A DNA stretch of 64,000 nucleotides from an uncultured Bacilli bacterium (GCA_934102255.1 CAKOSN010000006.1:11574-75573); one strand, 5' to 3'. Numbered from the stretch's first letter, positions 12,319-22,643 are shown. Notes: generated by a model from the sequence alone, not told the origin. Made by a program: numbers and translations.

Positions 12319-14073
12319 CTATCTAGTTTTATTTTCAATTTCTTCTTTAACTTTATTTACAAATTCATCTAAAGACAATGTGACTTTTTCTTCACTTTGA
12401 CTAGTTCTATAAGTAATAGTTTTATTTTGTTTCTCATTATCTCCAAGTACTAAGATATAAGGATACTTACTCATTATTGCCTCACGCATCTTATATCCAA
12501 CTTTTTCTTCTCTATCATCAAGATTTACTCTAATACCATTCTTTCTTAATAACTCTTCTACTTCTTTAGCATATTCTAAATGATAATTATTATTAACAGG
12601 AATAATATTTACTTGATGAGGAGCAAGCCATAATGGTAGATAACCTTTTGTTTCTTCTAAAAGGAAAGCAATAAATCTATCAAGTGAACCTAAAATAGCG
12701 CGGTGAATAACTACTGGTCTTACCTTTTCATTATCTTCATTAATATATTCTAACTCAAATCTTTCTGGTAATTGATAATCTAATTGAACTGTTGATAAAG
12801 TTTCATCATGACCGATAGCACTTCTTACTTGAACATCAATCTTTGGTCCATAGAAAGCAGCTTCACCTTCAGCTTCATAATATTCATGACCTGTATTTTT
12901 TAAAATAGTTCTTAGAGCGTTTTCACTCTTTTCCCATAATTCATCATTGCCAAAATACTTATCAACATTCTTTGTATCTCTTAAAGATAATCTAAATTTA
13001 AAATCTTTAAAACCAAAATCTTTATAAACATCTAAAATCAAATCAATTACACCTTTAACTTCAGATTCAATTTGGTCTGGACGGCAGAAAATATGAGAAT
13101 CATTTTGCGTAAATGCTCTAGTTCTTTCAATACCACATACAGCGCCACTTGCTTCATACCTAAAATCGTTAGCAATCTCAGCGATTCTAATAGGTAAATC
13201 ACGATAAGAATGTAATCTATTTTTAAACATCATCATATGATGTGGACAATTCATTGGTCTTAAAACGTAAGCTTCATCATCAAGTTCCATTTCAGGGAAC
13301 ATATCATCTTTATAATGGTCCCAGTGTCCTGATGTTTTATAAAGTTCAACATTACCAAGAGAAGGAGTCATTACATGTTGATAACCTAAAGAAATTTCTT
13401 TATCCATAATATAATCAACTAAACTACGACGAACAATAAAGCCATTTGGTAACCACATAGGGAGTCCTTTTCCTACTAAATCACTAAACATGAATATACC
13501 TAGGTCTTTACCTAATTTTCTGTGGTCTCTTGCTTTAGCATCTTCTAATTCAGCTAAATGTTTTTCTAAAGCTTCTGGTGTATCAAAGCAAACACCATAT
13601 ACTCTTTGTAACATCTTGTTTTTAGAGTCCCCTTTATAATAAGCACCACTAAATTTTAATAGTTTAAAATTTTTAAGTAACTTAACATTATCAACATGAG
13701 GGCCACGGCAAAGGTCAGTAAAATCACCTTGACTATAACAAGTAATAACTTCATCTTCTGGCATATTTTCAATTAAATCTACCTTATATGGGTCATCTTT
13801 AAACATTTCTAATGCTTCTTGCTTACTAATTTCATGACGTATTATTTTTTTACCGTCTTTAGCAATTTTCTTCATTTCTTTTGAAATTTTTTCAATTTCT
13901 TCTTCTGTTAAAACCGTATTTCCTAAATCCATATCATAATAGAAGCCTTCTTCTACTACTGGACCTACCCAAAATTTAGCATTTGGATATAAATGTTTAA
14001 CAGCTTGTGCCATTAAATGCGCACATGAGTGATTTAACACACTTAAATTTTTATCTTCTTTAATATTTATCAT
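12319..14073 (-). CDS. thrS: Threonyl-tRNA synthetase lacking the N-terminal TGS domain
   Basis: 584-aa ORF with LNHSCAHLMAQAVKHLYPNAKFWVGPVVEEGFYYD (start of the editing/second additional domain), RPMNCPHHMMMF, FTQNDSHIF and EGEAAFYGPKID. There is no ~60-aa beta-grasp TGS segment before it. Confidence 0.9.
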   Translation of the reverse strand: MINIKEDKNLSVLNHSCAHLMAQAVKHLYPNAKFWVGPVVEEGFYYDMDLGNTVLTEEEIEKISKEMKKIAKDGKKIIRHEISKQEALEMFKDDPYKVDLIENMPEDEVITCYSQGDFTDLCRGPHVDNVKLLKNFKLLKFSGAYYKGDSKNKMLQRVYGVCFDTPEALEKHLAELEDAKARDHRKLGKDLGIFMFSDLVGKGLPMWLPNGFIVRRSLVDYIMDKEISLGYQHVMTPSLGNVELYKTSGHWDHYKDDMFPEMELDDEAYVLRPMNCPHHMMMFKNRLHSYRDLPIRIAEIANDFRYEASGAVCGIERTRAFTQNDSHIFCRPDQIESEVKGVIDLILDVYKDFGFKDFKFRLSLRDTKNVDKYFGNDELWEKSENALRTILKNTGHEYYEAEGEAAFYGPKIDVQVRSAIGHDETLSTVQLDYQLPERFELEYINEDNEKVRPVVIHRAILGSLDRFIAFLLEETKGYLPLWLAPHQVNIIPVNNNYHLEYAKEVEELLRKNGIRVNLDDREEKVGYKMREAIMSKYPYILVLGDNEKQNKTITYRTSQSEEKVTLSLDEFVNKVKEEIENKTR

Positions 14074-14075
14074 TT

Positions 14076-14306
14076 CTATCTTCCTTTTCCACCTTTTTTA
14101 TCATAATAGCCATAATCCATGCTAGATTGCATAGCTCTAACTAATGCTTTTTTTACTTGGCCTTCTTCTTCCTTAAGGCTTACTTTTTCAGCCTCAGATA
14201 CCGCAAAGGCTATCTTAAACTTAATATCAAAAAGTTCTTGACGTTTTTGTTTAATAAAAGCTTCATATTCTTCTTTAGTCATCTGCGGCTTCATTTGCTC
14301 TCCCAT
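14076..14306 (-). CDS. Small Lys/Glu-rich helical protein co-transcribed with thrS
   Basis: Start taken at M16 of the tracked ORF (GGAGG 4 nt upstream, giving MGEQMKPQMTKEEYEAFIKQ...). Its stop lies 2 nt before the thrS ATG. The longer tracked ORF would run through the T-box terminator. Confidence 0.5.
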   Translation of the reverse strand: MGEQMKPQMTKEEYEAFIKQKRQELFDIKFKIAFAVSEAEKVSLKEEEGQVKKALVRAMQSSMDYGYYDKKGGKGR

Positions 14307-14318
14307 AAAACCTCCATA

Positions 14319-14522
14319 AAAAAACGCACTAATCACCCCTAAAAGGAGCAATTAATGCGGTACCATCCTTCATTATACTTAATTACTATAACGGCCTTGA
14401 CCGGACTAGTTTTGCTAGCCAATTCATAGGTAGTAACTATTTAACTCTTTTATTTACTTCCCACCACTAGTAAACTCTCTTTAAAAAGACATTTAAATAA
14501 TCTCGTCCTAATCAAAATTGTT
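14319..14522 (-). promoter_or_regulatory. T-box riboswitch leader (Thr specifier) for the small ORF and thrS
   Basis: On the minus strand: an AGAGAG bulge motif, GGTGGGAAG, candidate specifier ACU-ACC (both Thr codons) in ...GTTACTACCTATGAA..., a T-box core GGATGGTACCGC, then terminator GCATTAATTGCTCC-TTTTA-GGGGTGATTAGTGC plus a T7 run. Confidence 0.8.
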
Positions 14523-14528
14523 AAATTA

Positions 14529-14557
14529 ATTTTATGTCTATTTTCTTTACTTGTCAA
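14529..14557 (-). promoter_or_regulatory. Promoter of the thrS T-box leader
   Basis: TTGACA-N17-TAAAAT on the minus strand. Confidence 0.65.
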
Positions 14558-14561
14558 GATT

Positions 14562-15104
14562 TTAGAACACTTTTTTATTATCTGGATATATTTTTCTTAA
14601 TACCAATCTTCTTCTTGACAATTCTTCTACTGTTTTTTTAGGCATTTGTAAATGATTTTTAGTAATATTTAATTGACCAGTAATATAATTTAATTTACCA
14701 TCGTCTATCATTTCAAAATTATCTTTATCTATATCAATAGAATAAGTAAAACCATTAATTTCTAACGCTCTTAAAAAAATATCATAATCAATAGTAATAG
14801 TCTTACAAAGAAAATCTAAATTACCCAAATAAGGCATACATACTACATCCTCTTTACTAACTGCATAATCTAAATGATTAGTCAAAATAACCTTAATATA
14901 TTTTTTACCTTTAGACTTAAATAGTTTATAATCACAGCATGCATCTACGCATAAATTATAAACAACCTCAGGATTTGGTTTGATATTATTTGCTACCTCT
15001 TTTTTAAAATCTTTATCTATTTCTTGCAAGTAACTTTCAAAAACTTGAGTATCACTTACTTTCTTTCCTAAATCTATGCCTTTTTTTAAAATTCCGTTAT
15101 TCAT
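14562..15104 (-). CDS. Hypothetical protein
   Basis: 180-aa ORF with no recognisable motif and no TM helix. Confidence 0.5.
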   Translation of the reverse strand: MNNGILKKGIDLGKKVSDTQVFESYLQEIDKDFKKEVANNIKPNPEVVYNLCVDACCDYKLFKSKGKKYIKVILTNHLDYAVSKEDVVCMPYLGNLDFLCKTITIDYDIFLRALEINGFTYSIDIDKDNFEMIDDGKLNYITGQLNITKNHLQMPKKTVEELSRRRLVLRKIYPDNKKVF

Positions 15105-15119
15105 TTTTATAACCTTCCT

Positions 15120-15671
15120 TTATTTGCAAGTATTAGTTCTGCTTTTCTTTCTTAAGATGTTATTGCAATCAGCATCAGTACAAACAAATTTATCTTTTAA
15201 ATAAAAGTTTCTGTCCCCATAAATACTTAGAGTACCGTCATCATTTAAAGAATATTCGCCCTTTTCTACTAAAGCATCAACATTATCTAAATTAGTACTA
15301 TAAATAAATTGCTTCTTACTCTTTACTTCTAATTTTTCACTAGTAACAACAAAACTTTTCTTTTCAACCTTATCAACACCGTCTAAGTTTTTAACAAGTT
15401 CTACCAATTCCGTTGCTTTTGCATTTTCAGTAAAATACGTTGTAATAGAAGTATTACCTTTTTCAATAGAATCAATAATATCATAAGATTTATAATTTCC
15501 AAACTCTTTAATCTTATTTTCAATATTACTAATTTGTTTATCAGTAACACCACTCTTAGTAACTATAATAGTTCCAAAAACTTCCGTACTTCTACACCAA
15601 GTACCTTTAAATTTATTGCATCCACTTAAAAGTAATAAAGACATTACTAACACTAAAATTTTCTTTTTCAT
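15120..15671 (-). CDS. Lipoprotein of unknown function
   Basis: 183-aa ORF with a signal peptide and lipobox (MKKKILVLVMSLLLLSGC). Confidence 0.7.
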   Translation of the reverse strand: MKKKILVLVMSLLLLSGCNKFKGTWCRSTEVFGTIIVTKSGVTDKQISNIENKIKEFGNYKSYDIIDSIEKGNTSITTYFTENAKATELVELVKNLDGVDKVEKKSFVVTSEKLEVKSKKQFIYSTNLDNVDALVEKGEYSLNDDGTLSIYGDRNFYLKDKFVCTDADCNNILRKKSRTNTCK

Positions 15672-15795
15672 ATTTAATCAACCTCTTTTGATTTGTTACT
15701 ATATCACAAGTTATTAAAACTTACAAGCCTTTTACTATCTAACTTATAATAATTATTCTTAACCTTCAACCACCTAACCTTTTTAAAGCTTTTTC

Positions 15796-16461
15796 CTATT
15801 TTAAAACCTCTACTATAAACTTACTAAATGACTCTTCCAAGTACTTATCCTTTTTAAACTTTTTATCATCATCATTATAATAAGCCTTATCATCATTAAA
15901 AATAAAGACCGAAGAACTACCATTATTATTAGCCATATTATCAATAGTGCTTCTTAATTCCTTACTATAATTAAAATTCTGAAACAAAGTTATATAAAGA
16001 TATCTAATCTTATCATTAGAAATTAAATCCTTACTAATATGTTTAAAATAACTTTTCATATTATCAAGCATTATTTTTTTCTTATCATCCAAGTTTTTCC
16101 CTTTTAAAGACTTATACTCTTTAACAATAGTATTTTGAAAATAAGAAGCCGTCTTTAATTCTATAATTGCTTTTATATCTTTTTCATCATACACATTAAC
16201 GCCATAATCACTAGCATTTTTTCCTACAATCAACAAGTCCCATTCACTCTTATGATTTTTAATATAGGAATTATTTATTGATACTTTATAAGGCAGCTTC
16301 TCTTCTTTTATAATACTCTCTATTAATTCTTTAATAATCATGGCAAATATATTCCCAGCCATTTTAGAATAAGAAGTATTATTCTTTCCTAAACAATCTC
16401 TAATAGCACTATAATACTTATCCACAAATACTCTATTATACTTTAAATCATCTTTAATCAT
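15796..16461 (-). CDS. Hypothetical protein, possibly a PD-(D/E)xK-fold nuclease
   Basis: 221-aa ORF. EWDLLIVGK ... AIIELKTA is spaced like a D...ExK nuclease core. This is weak, by-eye evidence only. Confidence 0.3.
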   Translation of the reverse strand: MIKDDLKYNRVFVDKYYSAIRDCLGKNNTSYSKMAGNIFAMIIKELIESIIKEEKLPYKVSINNSYIKNHKSEWDLLIVGKNASDYGVNVYDEKDIKAIIELKTASYFQNTIVKEYKSLKGKNLDDKKKIMLDNMKSYFKHISKDLISNDKIRYLYITLFQNFNYSKELRSTIDNMANNNGSSSVFIFNDDKAYYNDDDKKFKKDKYLEESFSKFIVEVLK

Positions 16462-16588
16462 ACTAAAAAACTTTCTACTCCTTAAAATATATCAAAACAT
16501 TATCTTTTAAGCAAGCCATATTTTCATTTAAATATAATACTATATTTTTAAAATCAACCAATATAAAAAGTAAACAGTCCAAAACCAT

Positions 16589-17050
16589 TTACTTAGTTTT
16601 ATTAATCATTAATTGTCCTGGTAATAAATAAATTGTTCCATTCATACTAGTTAGTTCACTAACATTTCTTTTAAACTTATCAGCTACCGTACTTAAAGTA
16701 TCCCCGTCTTTAGTTATATAAAAACTATACCCACTCTTAGGAATCATTATTTTTTGATTAGGATAAATATAATCATCCATATTTAACCCATTTAAAGCAG
16801 CTAGTAACGTTGGATTTATATTATATCTTCTTGCTATTGCATATAAATTATCCCCACTATTAACTGTATAAGTTGTAAAATAATCATTACTTATAGGAAC
16901 AGCTATATCCATACCAGCTCTTAAGTATTCTTCATCATAAATATTATTAATACTTAATAATTCTTCTTTAGTTGTATTAAACTTACCTGCAATATCATTT
17001 AAAGTTTCATTATAACCTACTGTATATTTATCATACATATTAAAAATCAC
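16589..17050 (-). CDS. Triple LysM-domain protein
   Basis: 153-aa ORF with three LysM repeats (YTVGYNETLNDIAGKF..., YTVNSGDNLYAIARRYNI..., YITKDGDTLSTVADKF...). Confidence 0.8.
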   Translation of the reverse strand: MIFNMYDKYTVGYNETLNDIAGKFNTTKEELLSINNIYDEEYLRAGMDIAVPISNDYFTTYTVNSGDNLYAIARRYNINPTLLAALNGLNMDDYIYPNQKIMIPKSGYSFYITKDGDTLSTVADKFKRNVSELTSMNGTIYLLPGQLMINKTK

Positions 17051-17086
17051 ATCCTATTAGTAGGATATGACCATTATTATTTTATG

Positions 17087-17560
17087 TTAATCATTTTTAA
17101 TAACATACTTTTTCTTTTCTTCCATCATAAATTCTGTAATATTAGTTTCTATTTCTGGTAAAGCTTTTTTATCAATATTACTTAAATTTACTAACTCTTT
17201 TACCGTATCAATCGTTATAATACCCCAAATAAGTCCTTCATATACTTCTAAATCATTAAATAAATCGGGAGTAATAGAAGTTAGAGCATACCCAGCTATA
17301 ACTCTTGATTGACCAATTAAAATTCTTTTATTTGTTAAAGCTAAAACACAAGTACTAAATATGTCCTTATGTGATTCATTTTTTTGAGCAGGAAAAGCAT
17401 ACAATACTTCTTCACCAGGATTTAAATGTCTTTCAATAACAGCTGCATGCTTTCTAAGACGCCAATGAATACCACCATGATATCTTTGTTTATATTCCAA
17501 AACCTTTTTATAAACAGGACCTATTTCTTGTTTTTCAACAGTAACCAACATAATAACCAC
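17087..17560 (-). CDS. Bacterial PH-domain (YokE-like) protein
   Basis: 157-aa ORF. GEEVLYAFPAQKN...VLALTNKRILIGQ...GIITIDT fits the bacterial PH pattern. Confidence 0.45.
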   Translation of the reverse strand: MVIMLVTVEKQEIGPVYKKVLEYKQRYHGGIHWRLRKHAAVIERHLNPGEEVLYAFPAQKNESHKDIFSTCVLALTNKRILIGQSRVIAGYALTSITPDLFNDLEVYEGLIWGIITIDTVKELVNLSNIDKKALPEIETNITEFMMEEKKKYVIKND

Positions 17561-17593
17561 CTACCTAAGTTTTATCATAAAAGTAATAAAAAA

Positions 17594-18877
17594 TCAATCT
17601 ATATAATTAGTAAGGAAATAATAAGCCCCAAAACCAATAGCTATTATAACTAGAATAATAAAGATAGCTAAAATAACGGTTCCCAAATGCCCTTTTTTAG
17701 GTTTTGCTTCTTCTTCTACCTTTACCTTAACCATTTCTTTTTCAACTACTGGTTCTTCTTCCTTAGGATTAATATCTCCAATAACTTTATAATGTTCTTC
17801 TACTTGTTCATACTTATTTCTTACTTCTTGATTATGGTTAACAGCATTCAAATTAATACTAGTTTGCGTAAGAGCCATATCTATTCTTGACTCGCCAAAA
17901 CTCAAGCGGTGTTCTTCTTCTAAAGAAACCAAATTATCAATCGCACTAAAAATAACATTGCTAATAACTAAAGCATCCCTTTTTGAAGTATTATTATCAA
18001 TTATCATGCTCATACTCTTCTTATAAGCCGATACATTCTCCATAAGTCCTCTACTAATATCCTTAAAGAAATCATAATAATTATTAAATAAAGTATTTAA
18101 AAAAGCTTCTTTATCAACATATTTATTATTTAAATTAACAACACTACTATGCTCTAAATTCTTACTATAATTAAATATTGGTAACATACATACTATACTA
18201 GAAGTCTTACTCTTATAAACACCATAAGTATTTAACTCAATATTATTTTGATTAATAACATACATTCCTAATAAATAATTTATATAATTTAACTTTATCT
18301 TATATAAAGCTTTACTATCTAAATTAAAAACATAACTAATTATATTAATAGGAAAATCAATTAATTCTTTTATTTCTTTCATATCCATAATAGGATTATT
18401 TTTACTACTACCATTTAAATGGATATAATTAGTTAAAAAATCGGGAATAACTGACTTTTGTTCTCTAATCATTACTACTATTCTTTTAGATAAATCTTCT
18501 AAAGTATATACTTCATCGCTTAAATTTAAAGCACTTATAAGAATAGAACCTCTTTGTTTTTCTTGGGTTAGTAAATGAAAAGCCGGCATAGCATTAATAC
18601 CTAATAGTTTTAATACTTCATAGCATATAATATCTAAGTCATCTTGATAAGGACTATCACTGGTATGTAAAAAACCGAGAGATTCGATTGGCATATATGT
18701 TTCCTTACCAGCCTCTTCATCAACTAATCTCTTTTTACTTAAGACTTTAAAAGTTCTTCTATTATATAAATTAATTGCTACATTACTAAGTGGTACTAAG
18801 TTAATATTACTAGCTTTTAAATTACCACGAACTGTATCAACTAAAAAGTATTTATCTGCATTATAGAAATTGTTCAT
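17594..18877 (-). CDS. Hypothetical tail-anchored membrane protein
   Basis: 427-aa ORF with a C-terminal TM helix (GTVILAIFIILVIIAIGFGAYYFL) preceded by a Glu/Lys-rich linker. Confidence 0.55.
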   Translation of the reverse strand: MNNFYNADKYFLVDTVRGNLKASNINLVPLSNVAINLYNRRTFKVLSKKRLVDEEAGKETYMPIESLGFLHTSDSPYQDDLDIICYEVLKLLGINAMPAFHLLTQEKQRGSILISALNLSDEVYTLEDLSKRIVVMIREQKSVIPDFLTNYIHLNGSSKNNPIMDMKEIKELIDFPINIISYVFNLDSKALYKIKLNYINYLLGMYVINQNNIELNTYGVYKSKTSSIVCMLPIFNYSKNLEHSSVVNLNNKYVDKEAFLNTLFNNYYDFFKDISRGLMENVSAYKKSMSMIIDNNTSKRDALVISNVIFSAIDNLVSLEEEHRLSFGESRIDMALTQTSINLNAVNHNQEVRNKYEQVEEHYKVIGDINPKEEEPVVEKEMVKVKVEEEAKPKKGHLGTVILAIFIILVIIAIGFGAYYFLTNYID

Positions 18878-19013
18878 CTTACTACACCCTTATCTTCTAA
18901 CTAAATTATAGCAAATTATTTAAGACTTGGAAATAGTTATTTTCTCTATGTATATTTTAATATCTTTAACTAAAATTTTTCTGACATTCTTTTCTAATAT
19001 TCTATTTATTAAA

Positions 19014-20117
19014 CTATTTATTAAAATTTATCTTTTTCTTCAACTTAGCAAGTTCCATATTAATTAAAGTTTTAGATAGAGTTGTACTAAGTAACTTTAA
19101 ACAGTTAAATATTACTATCTTAGTTTGATTATCCAAAGTTTTACTAGCTTTTAATATTTCAAACAAACTTCTTAAATAATTATCACTAATATCACTTACT
19201 CTTTTAATATTACTCTTCTCTAAAAGCCCAAAAGTTTCATCAATAATTAATTTACGAGTTTCAAGGTCATAGTTATTAAGCCAATCATATATAGCTTTGT
19301 CTAAGTTATCGCTTAAAGCACTCTTGGTAGTTCTTACAAACTTATCATCATTTACTTGCCATGAAGTAGCGGCGTGTTGCATAATTCCTACTTCATTACT
19401 TTTTATAACATCTAGATTTTCTTGATTAAATAAAACACCAACCATGCTTTCATTAGGTATAATATTATGTAATTTCTTTCTTACTAATTTATAATTTAGA
19501 CTGGTAAATTCATTTTCTCGCAAACCCGGTCCGTCAAAGGAATATATTTCTTTAATAGCCATTTTCTTTAAAACTGTAGCGCGCATGGCACCCACTAAAG
19601 CAAGATTTCCACCTTTAGAATGACCACAAATAATTACCGAATGCTTATATTTACCGATAATTTTTTCAACATAATTTCCCGCCATTTCTTGCGATGTTGT
19701 TGGATACATATAAGAAAGACAAGCATCTTCTTTCCAACCAGATATGGTATTATCAGTGCCTTGAAAAGCTATAACAACCATTTTATTAGGAAGAATAAAA
19801 CTAACTGCTCCAAACTGTGAATCATTATCGGCAATATAAGTATAATCTGTAACCTTTATTTCTTTAAACCTTTTTAAACTTTTAATAGTATCTAATAGTT
19901 TTAGGGCATTACGCTGCGCAATCAAAGACTCTAAAAAGACTTCACGGTCAATATTACTTGCTATCTCTTCTAAAGAATACTTTTTATCATTTTTAAAATC
20001 AATATTATCCATTGGTAGATAAGCCAGTTGACTAAATAATAAAATATCTATTTCTGTTTCTTTCTTTTCCTTATAAGTTACATTTCCATATTTATTAATA
20101 AAAGAATAATAATTCAC
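19014..20117 (-). CDS. Mbeg1-like / DUF2974 alpha-beta hydrolase
   Basis: 367-aa ORF with VIAFQGTD and the nucleophile elbow VIICGHSKGGNLA typical of this lipase-like family. Confidence 0.65.
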   Translation of the reverse strand: MNYYSFINKYGNVTYKEKKETEIDILLFSQLAYLPMDNIDFKNDKKYSLEEIASNIDREVFLESLIAQRNALKLLDTIKSLKRFKEIKVTDYTYIADNDSQFGAVSFILPNKMVVIAFQGTDNTISGWKEDACLSYMYPTTSQEMAGNYVEKIIGKYKHSVIICGHSKGGNLALVGAMRATVLKKMAIKEIYSFDGPGLRENEFTSLNYKLVRKKLHNIIPNESMVGVLFNQENLDVIKSNEVGIMQHAATSWQVNDDKFVRTTKSALSDNLDKAIYDWLNNYDLETRKLIIDETFGLLEKSNIKRVSDISDNYLRSLFEILKASKTLDNQTKIVIFNCLKLLSTTLSKTLINMELAKLKKKINFNK

Positions 20118-20139
20118 ATATATCTCTCTTTCTTTAGAT

Positions 20140-20868
20140 TTACTTATTTTTAGGTTTTCTTGTTAATTTAGGTCCATCGTTTTCCTGGGTTTCTTTCTTT
20201 TTAGCTTCTTCCATTTCTAAATCGGCTTCATCTATAGATTCCATTATTCCTCTAGCTATAATAATACTATTTTTCTCTCTATCATCCATAATAGCTTGAT
20301 AATACTGAGAAACACCACCGTACTTTTCATAATACTCATATAAAGAATTTTCTAAAAGAGTAACAGTTATCTCCATAATATCATCATCATCTAACTTAGA
20401 AAGCTCACCCGTAACGGAATAAACTCCAATAGAATTATCAGTAAAATCATAGTAATAAGTAATAATTGATTCTGAAGAATCGCCCTTTAAAATAATTTTA
20501 TTGCCAAATTTTCTTCTTTGATAATCACTTTCTGCTATCATTAAAGCCGTCTTAACAGTCGGATTTTCTCTATAGTATTCTCTTTCTTTTTGGTTCATGG
20601 GCGAAACCATATTTTCATTTTTAAAATACTCTATTGTATTATCAAGTAAATAGTTATATTCTAAAATGCTACCCGCGGTTTCTAAAAGATTAAAAAACGG
20701 AATAAAGTGCATATATAGTAGTGATTCTTCTAACTTTATCTCTTGATCATCCATATACTTAAGCTTATAACCTCTATCAGCTAAATCTTTATATAATCTT
20801 CGTGAATTAAGTCTGGTAAAAATAAATGACTCTAATATGCTTCCTATCCAAAATACCATTGGTCCCAT
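20140..20868 (-). CDS. Hypothetical protein, paralogue of 20942..21607
   Basis: Start taken at M12 (GGGTGGTG upstream). The N-terminus MGPMVFWIGSILESFIFTRLNSRRLYKDLADRGYKL parallels the neighbour's MGPLLFYLGSILETFAFNYLNQNRLYVDAGENGYKV. Confidence 0.55.
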   Translation of the reverse strand: MGPMVFWIGSILESFIFTRLNSRRLYKDLADRGYKLKYMDDQEIKLEESLLYMHFIPFFNLLETAGSILEYNYLLDNTIEYFKNENMVSPMNQKEREYYRENPTVKTALMIAESDYQRRKFGNKIILKGDSSESIITYYYDFTDNSIGVYSVTGELSKLDDDDIMEITVTLLENSLYEYYEKYGGVSQYYQAIMDDREKNSIIIARGIMESIDEADLEMEEAKKKETQENDGPKLTRKPKNK

Positions 20869-20941
20869 AAACGCACCACCCTTACGCTTTAAATATAGCA
20901 CGATTAATTTAATTTAACAATAATCTAATAAAAATATATTC

Positions 20942-21607
20942 TTAAAAATTCAAGTTTAAGCTTCTTAATAACTTTTCCTCTAAAATATCCGGCATCCCTG
21001 TAACTATTTTTTCTGGATTTAAATAACCTTCTTCGATAGCATAATAATATTTGGCTTTACTACCACATCTTCTTATAAAGACTTCTTCATATCTTTTTAC
21101 AGTATCTGTTACTAACCTTTTCTGTTCTTCTAAACTTAAATTAACTAAAACACCATCTGTCTTTAAAATGATAATATCTTTAGAATAAATATCAAAAATA
21201 TAATCAATACGAGAAACCTCATCATCAGATATAAAAGTAATTGAATAAGGACATTTTCTTTGATTATAATACCTATTAGCTACGTCTCTTAAAGTACCAA
21301 CATCACCGTATTTTAAATACCAACTCTTTTCTCCTTTAGTAAATGGCTCTAATAAATGATTACTTTTTAAATATTCTATAATCTCTTCTCTATTTAGATT
21401 ATAATTAATTATATGATAAAGAATATATCCTAAGTTTACTAAAGGAATAAATTTTACTAAAAATGTTAATTGTAATAAGGAGTCATCATCTTCTATTCTT
21501 ACTTTATATCCATTTTCTCCCGCATCAACATATAATCTATTTTGATTTAGATAATTAAAAGCAAATGTTTCTAAAATGCTTCCTAAATAGAAAAGTAATG
21601 GTCCCAT
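20942..21607 (-). CDS. Hypothetical protein, paralogue of 20140..20868
   Basis: 221-aa ORF with a shared N-terminal hydrophobic segment and shared internal motifs (F(I/V)P..NL, Y(Y)QRRK/YNQRKC). Confidence 0.55.
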   Translation of the reverse strand: MGPLLFYLGSILETFAFNYLNQNRLYVDAGENGYKVRIEDDDSLLQLTFLVKFIPLVNLGYILYHIINYNLNREEIIEYLKSNHLLEPFTKGEKSWYLKYGDVGTLRDVANRYYNQRKCPYSITFISDDEVSRIDYIFDIYSKDIIILKTDGVLVNLSLEEQKRLVTDTVKRYEEVFIRRCGSKAKYYYAIEEGYLNPEKIVTGMPDILEEKLLRSLNLNF

Positions 21608-21863
21608 ATTATCACTTCCGTTTTTTTTATGATAGCATGTCTTTCCTACTTTAACAATAATTAATAGTGAAAAAAATTCTCTAGTACTTAAAACTTAGAG
21701 AATTTTTAATTTATTTAATAAGATTTATATTAATGTTACTATTAATATTCATAATTAAAATGGTTGGTATTATTTTTATAAGTAATTTTATTGTTATTAT
21801 TTAACACACATTGTTATTACTTAACATCCTTCATTTTTTATATTATTATTTATTTTGATACTA

Positions 21864-22634
21864 CTATTGTTTATTGTTATTTATTTCATCTTTAACAACT
21901 AATCTAATATAACTTTCTAATTCAGCTACTAACTTAGTTGCATCAATAGCTAAATTTTTTTCTTCTTCTTGTCTATCAAAATTAGTAGGTTCTTCGCTTT
22001 TCTCAATAGCTTGTTTAACTAAGTCATCCATCGATACTTCAGGTTCTGCGGGTGCTGTTGGTTCGGTTGGAATATCCATAACATTGATTGGCTTTACTAC
22101 TTCTTCTGTTTTTACCGTATTAGTATCTGGTACTTCTACTGAAATTCCTGGTGTTACTTCTTGACCAATACTAGTATTTTCTGTTTCTGTTGGATAAATA
22201 GCTGGATTATCTATTAAGCTATCAGATACTGGAGCAACTACATTATCAACAGGCTTTTTAGCCATATAATCACTAATTAATTGAGTTTTAGCCGCTTCTT
22301 GAACTGCAATAACTCTAGAAAAATCATTAGTAGCTTTAATACTTTTAGGCATTTTAATATAAGTATAGTTATAAGTACTACCACTTATAATAGCACGCAT
22401 AACATTTTTAACTTCACCCCATAAAGTTTCATCACTTATTTTAATTAAACCATTATCTGTAATTTCACTAACCAATAATTTTACTAAGCCATTTTGGTCA
22501 AGTTCGTTACTTGTAGCGATGCAAAAGTTATGTACTAAATTATTAAATTCAATACTAAAAGCACTTATAGCATCCACTATTAACTTATCATTATTATCCT
22601 TTAATATTTCAATCTTTTCTAACACACTAACCAT
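21864..22634 (-). CDS. Hypothetical protein
   Basis: 256-aa ORF with a Pro/Glu/Thr-rich central linker. I recognise no family. Confidence 0.5.
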   Translation of the reverse strand: MVSVLEKIEILKDNNDKLIVDAISAFSIEFNNLVHNFCIATSNELDQNGLVKLLVSEITDNGLIKISDETLWGEVKNVMRAIISGSTYNYTYIKMPKSIKATNDFSRVIAVQEAAKTQLISDYMAKKPVDNVVAPVSDSLIDNPAIYPTETENTSIGQEVTPGISVEVPDTNTVKTEEVVKPINVMDIPTEPTAPAEPEVSMDDLVKQAIEKSEEPTNFDRQEEEKNLAIDATKLVAELESYIRLVVKDEINNNKQ

Positions 22635-22643
22635 CCTCTACTC

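Noticed and set aside
14307-14351. N-terminal 15 codons of tracked ORF 14076..14351.
   Set aside because: They overlap the T-box terminator stem and T-run. A GGAGG sits in front of the internal ATG at 14306 instead.
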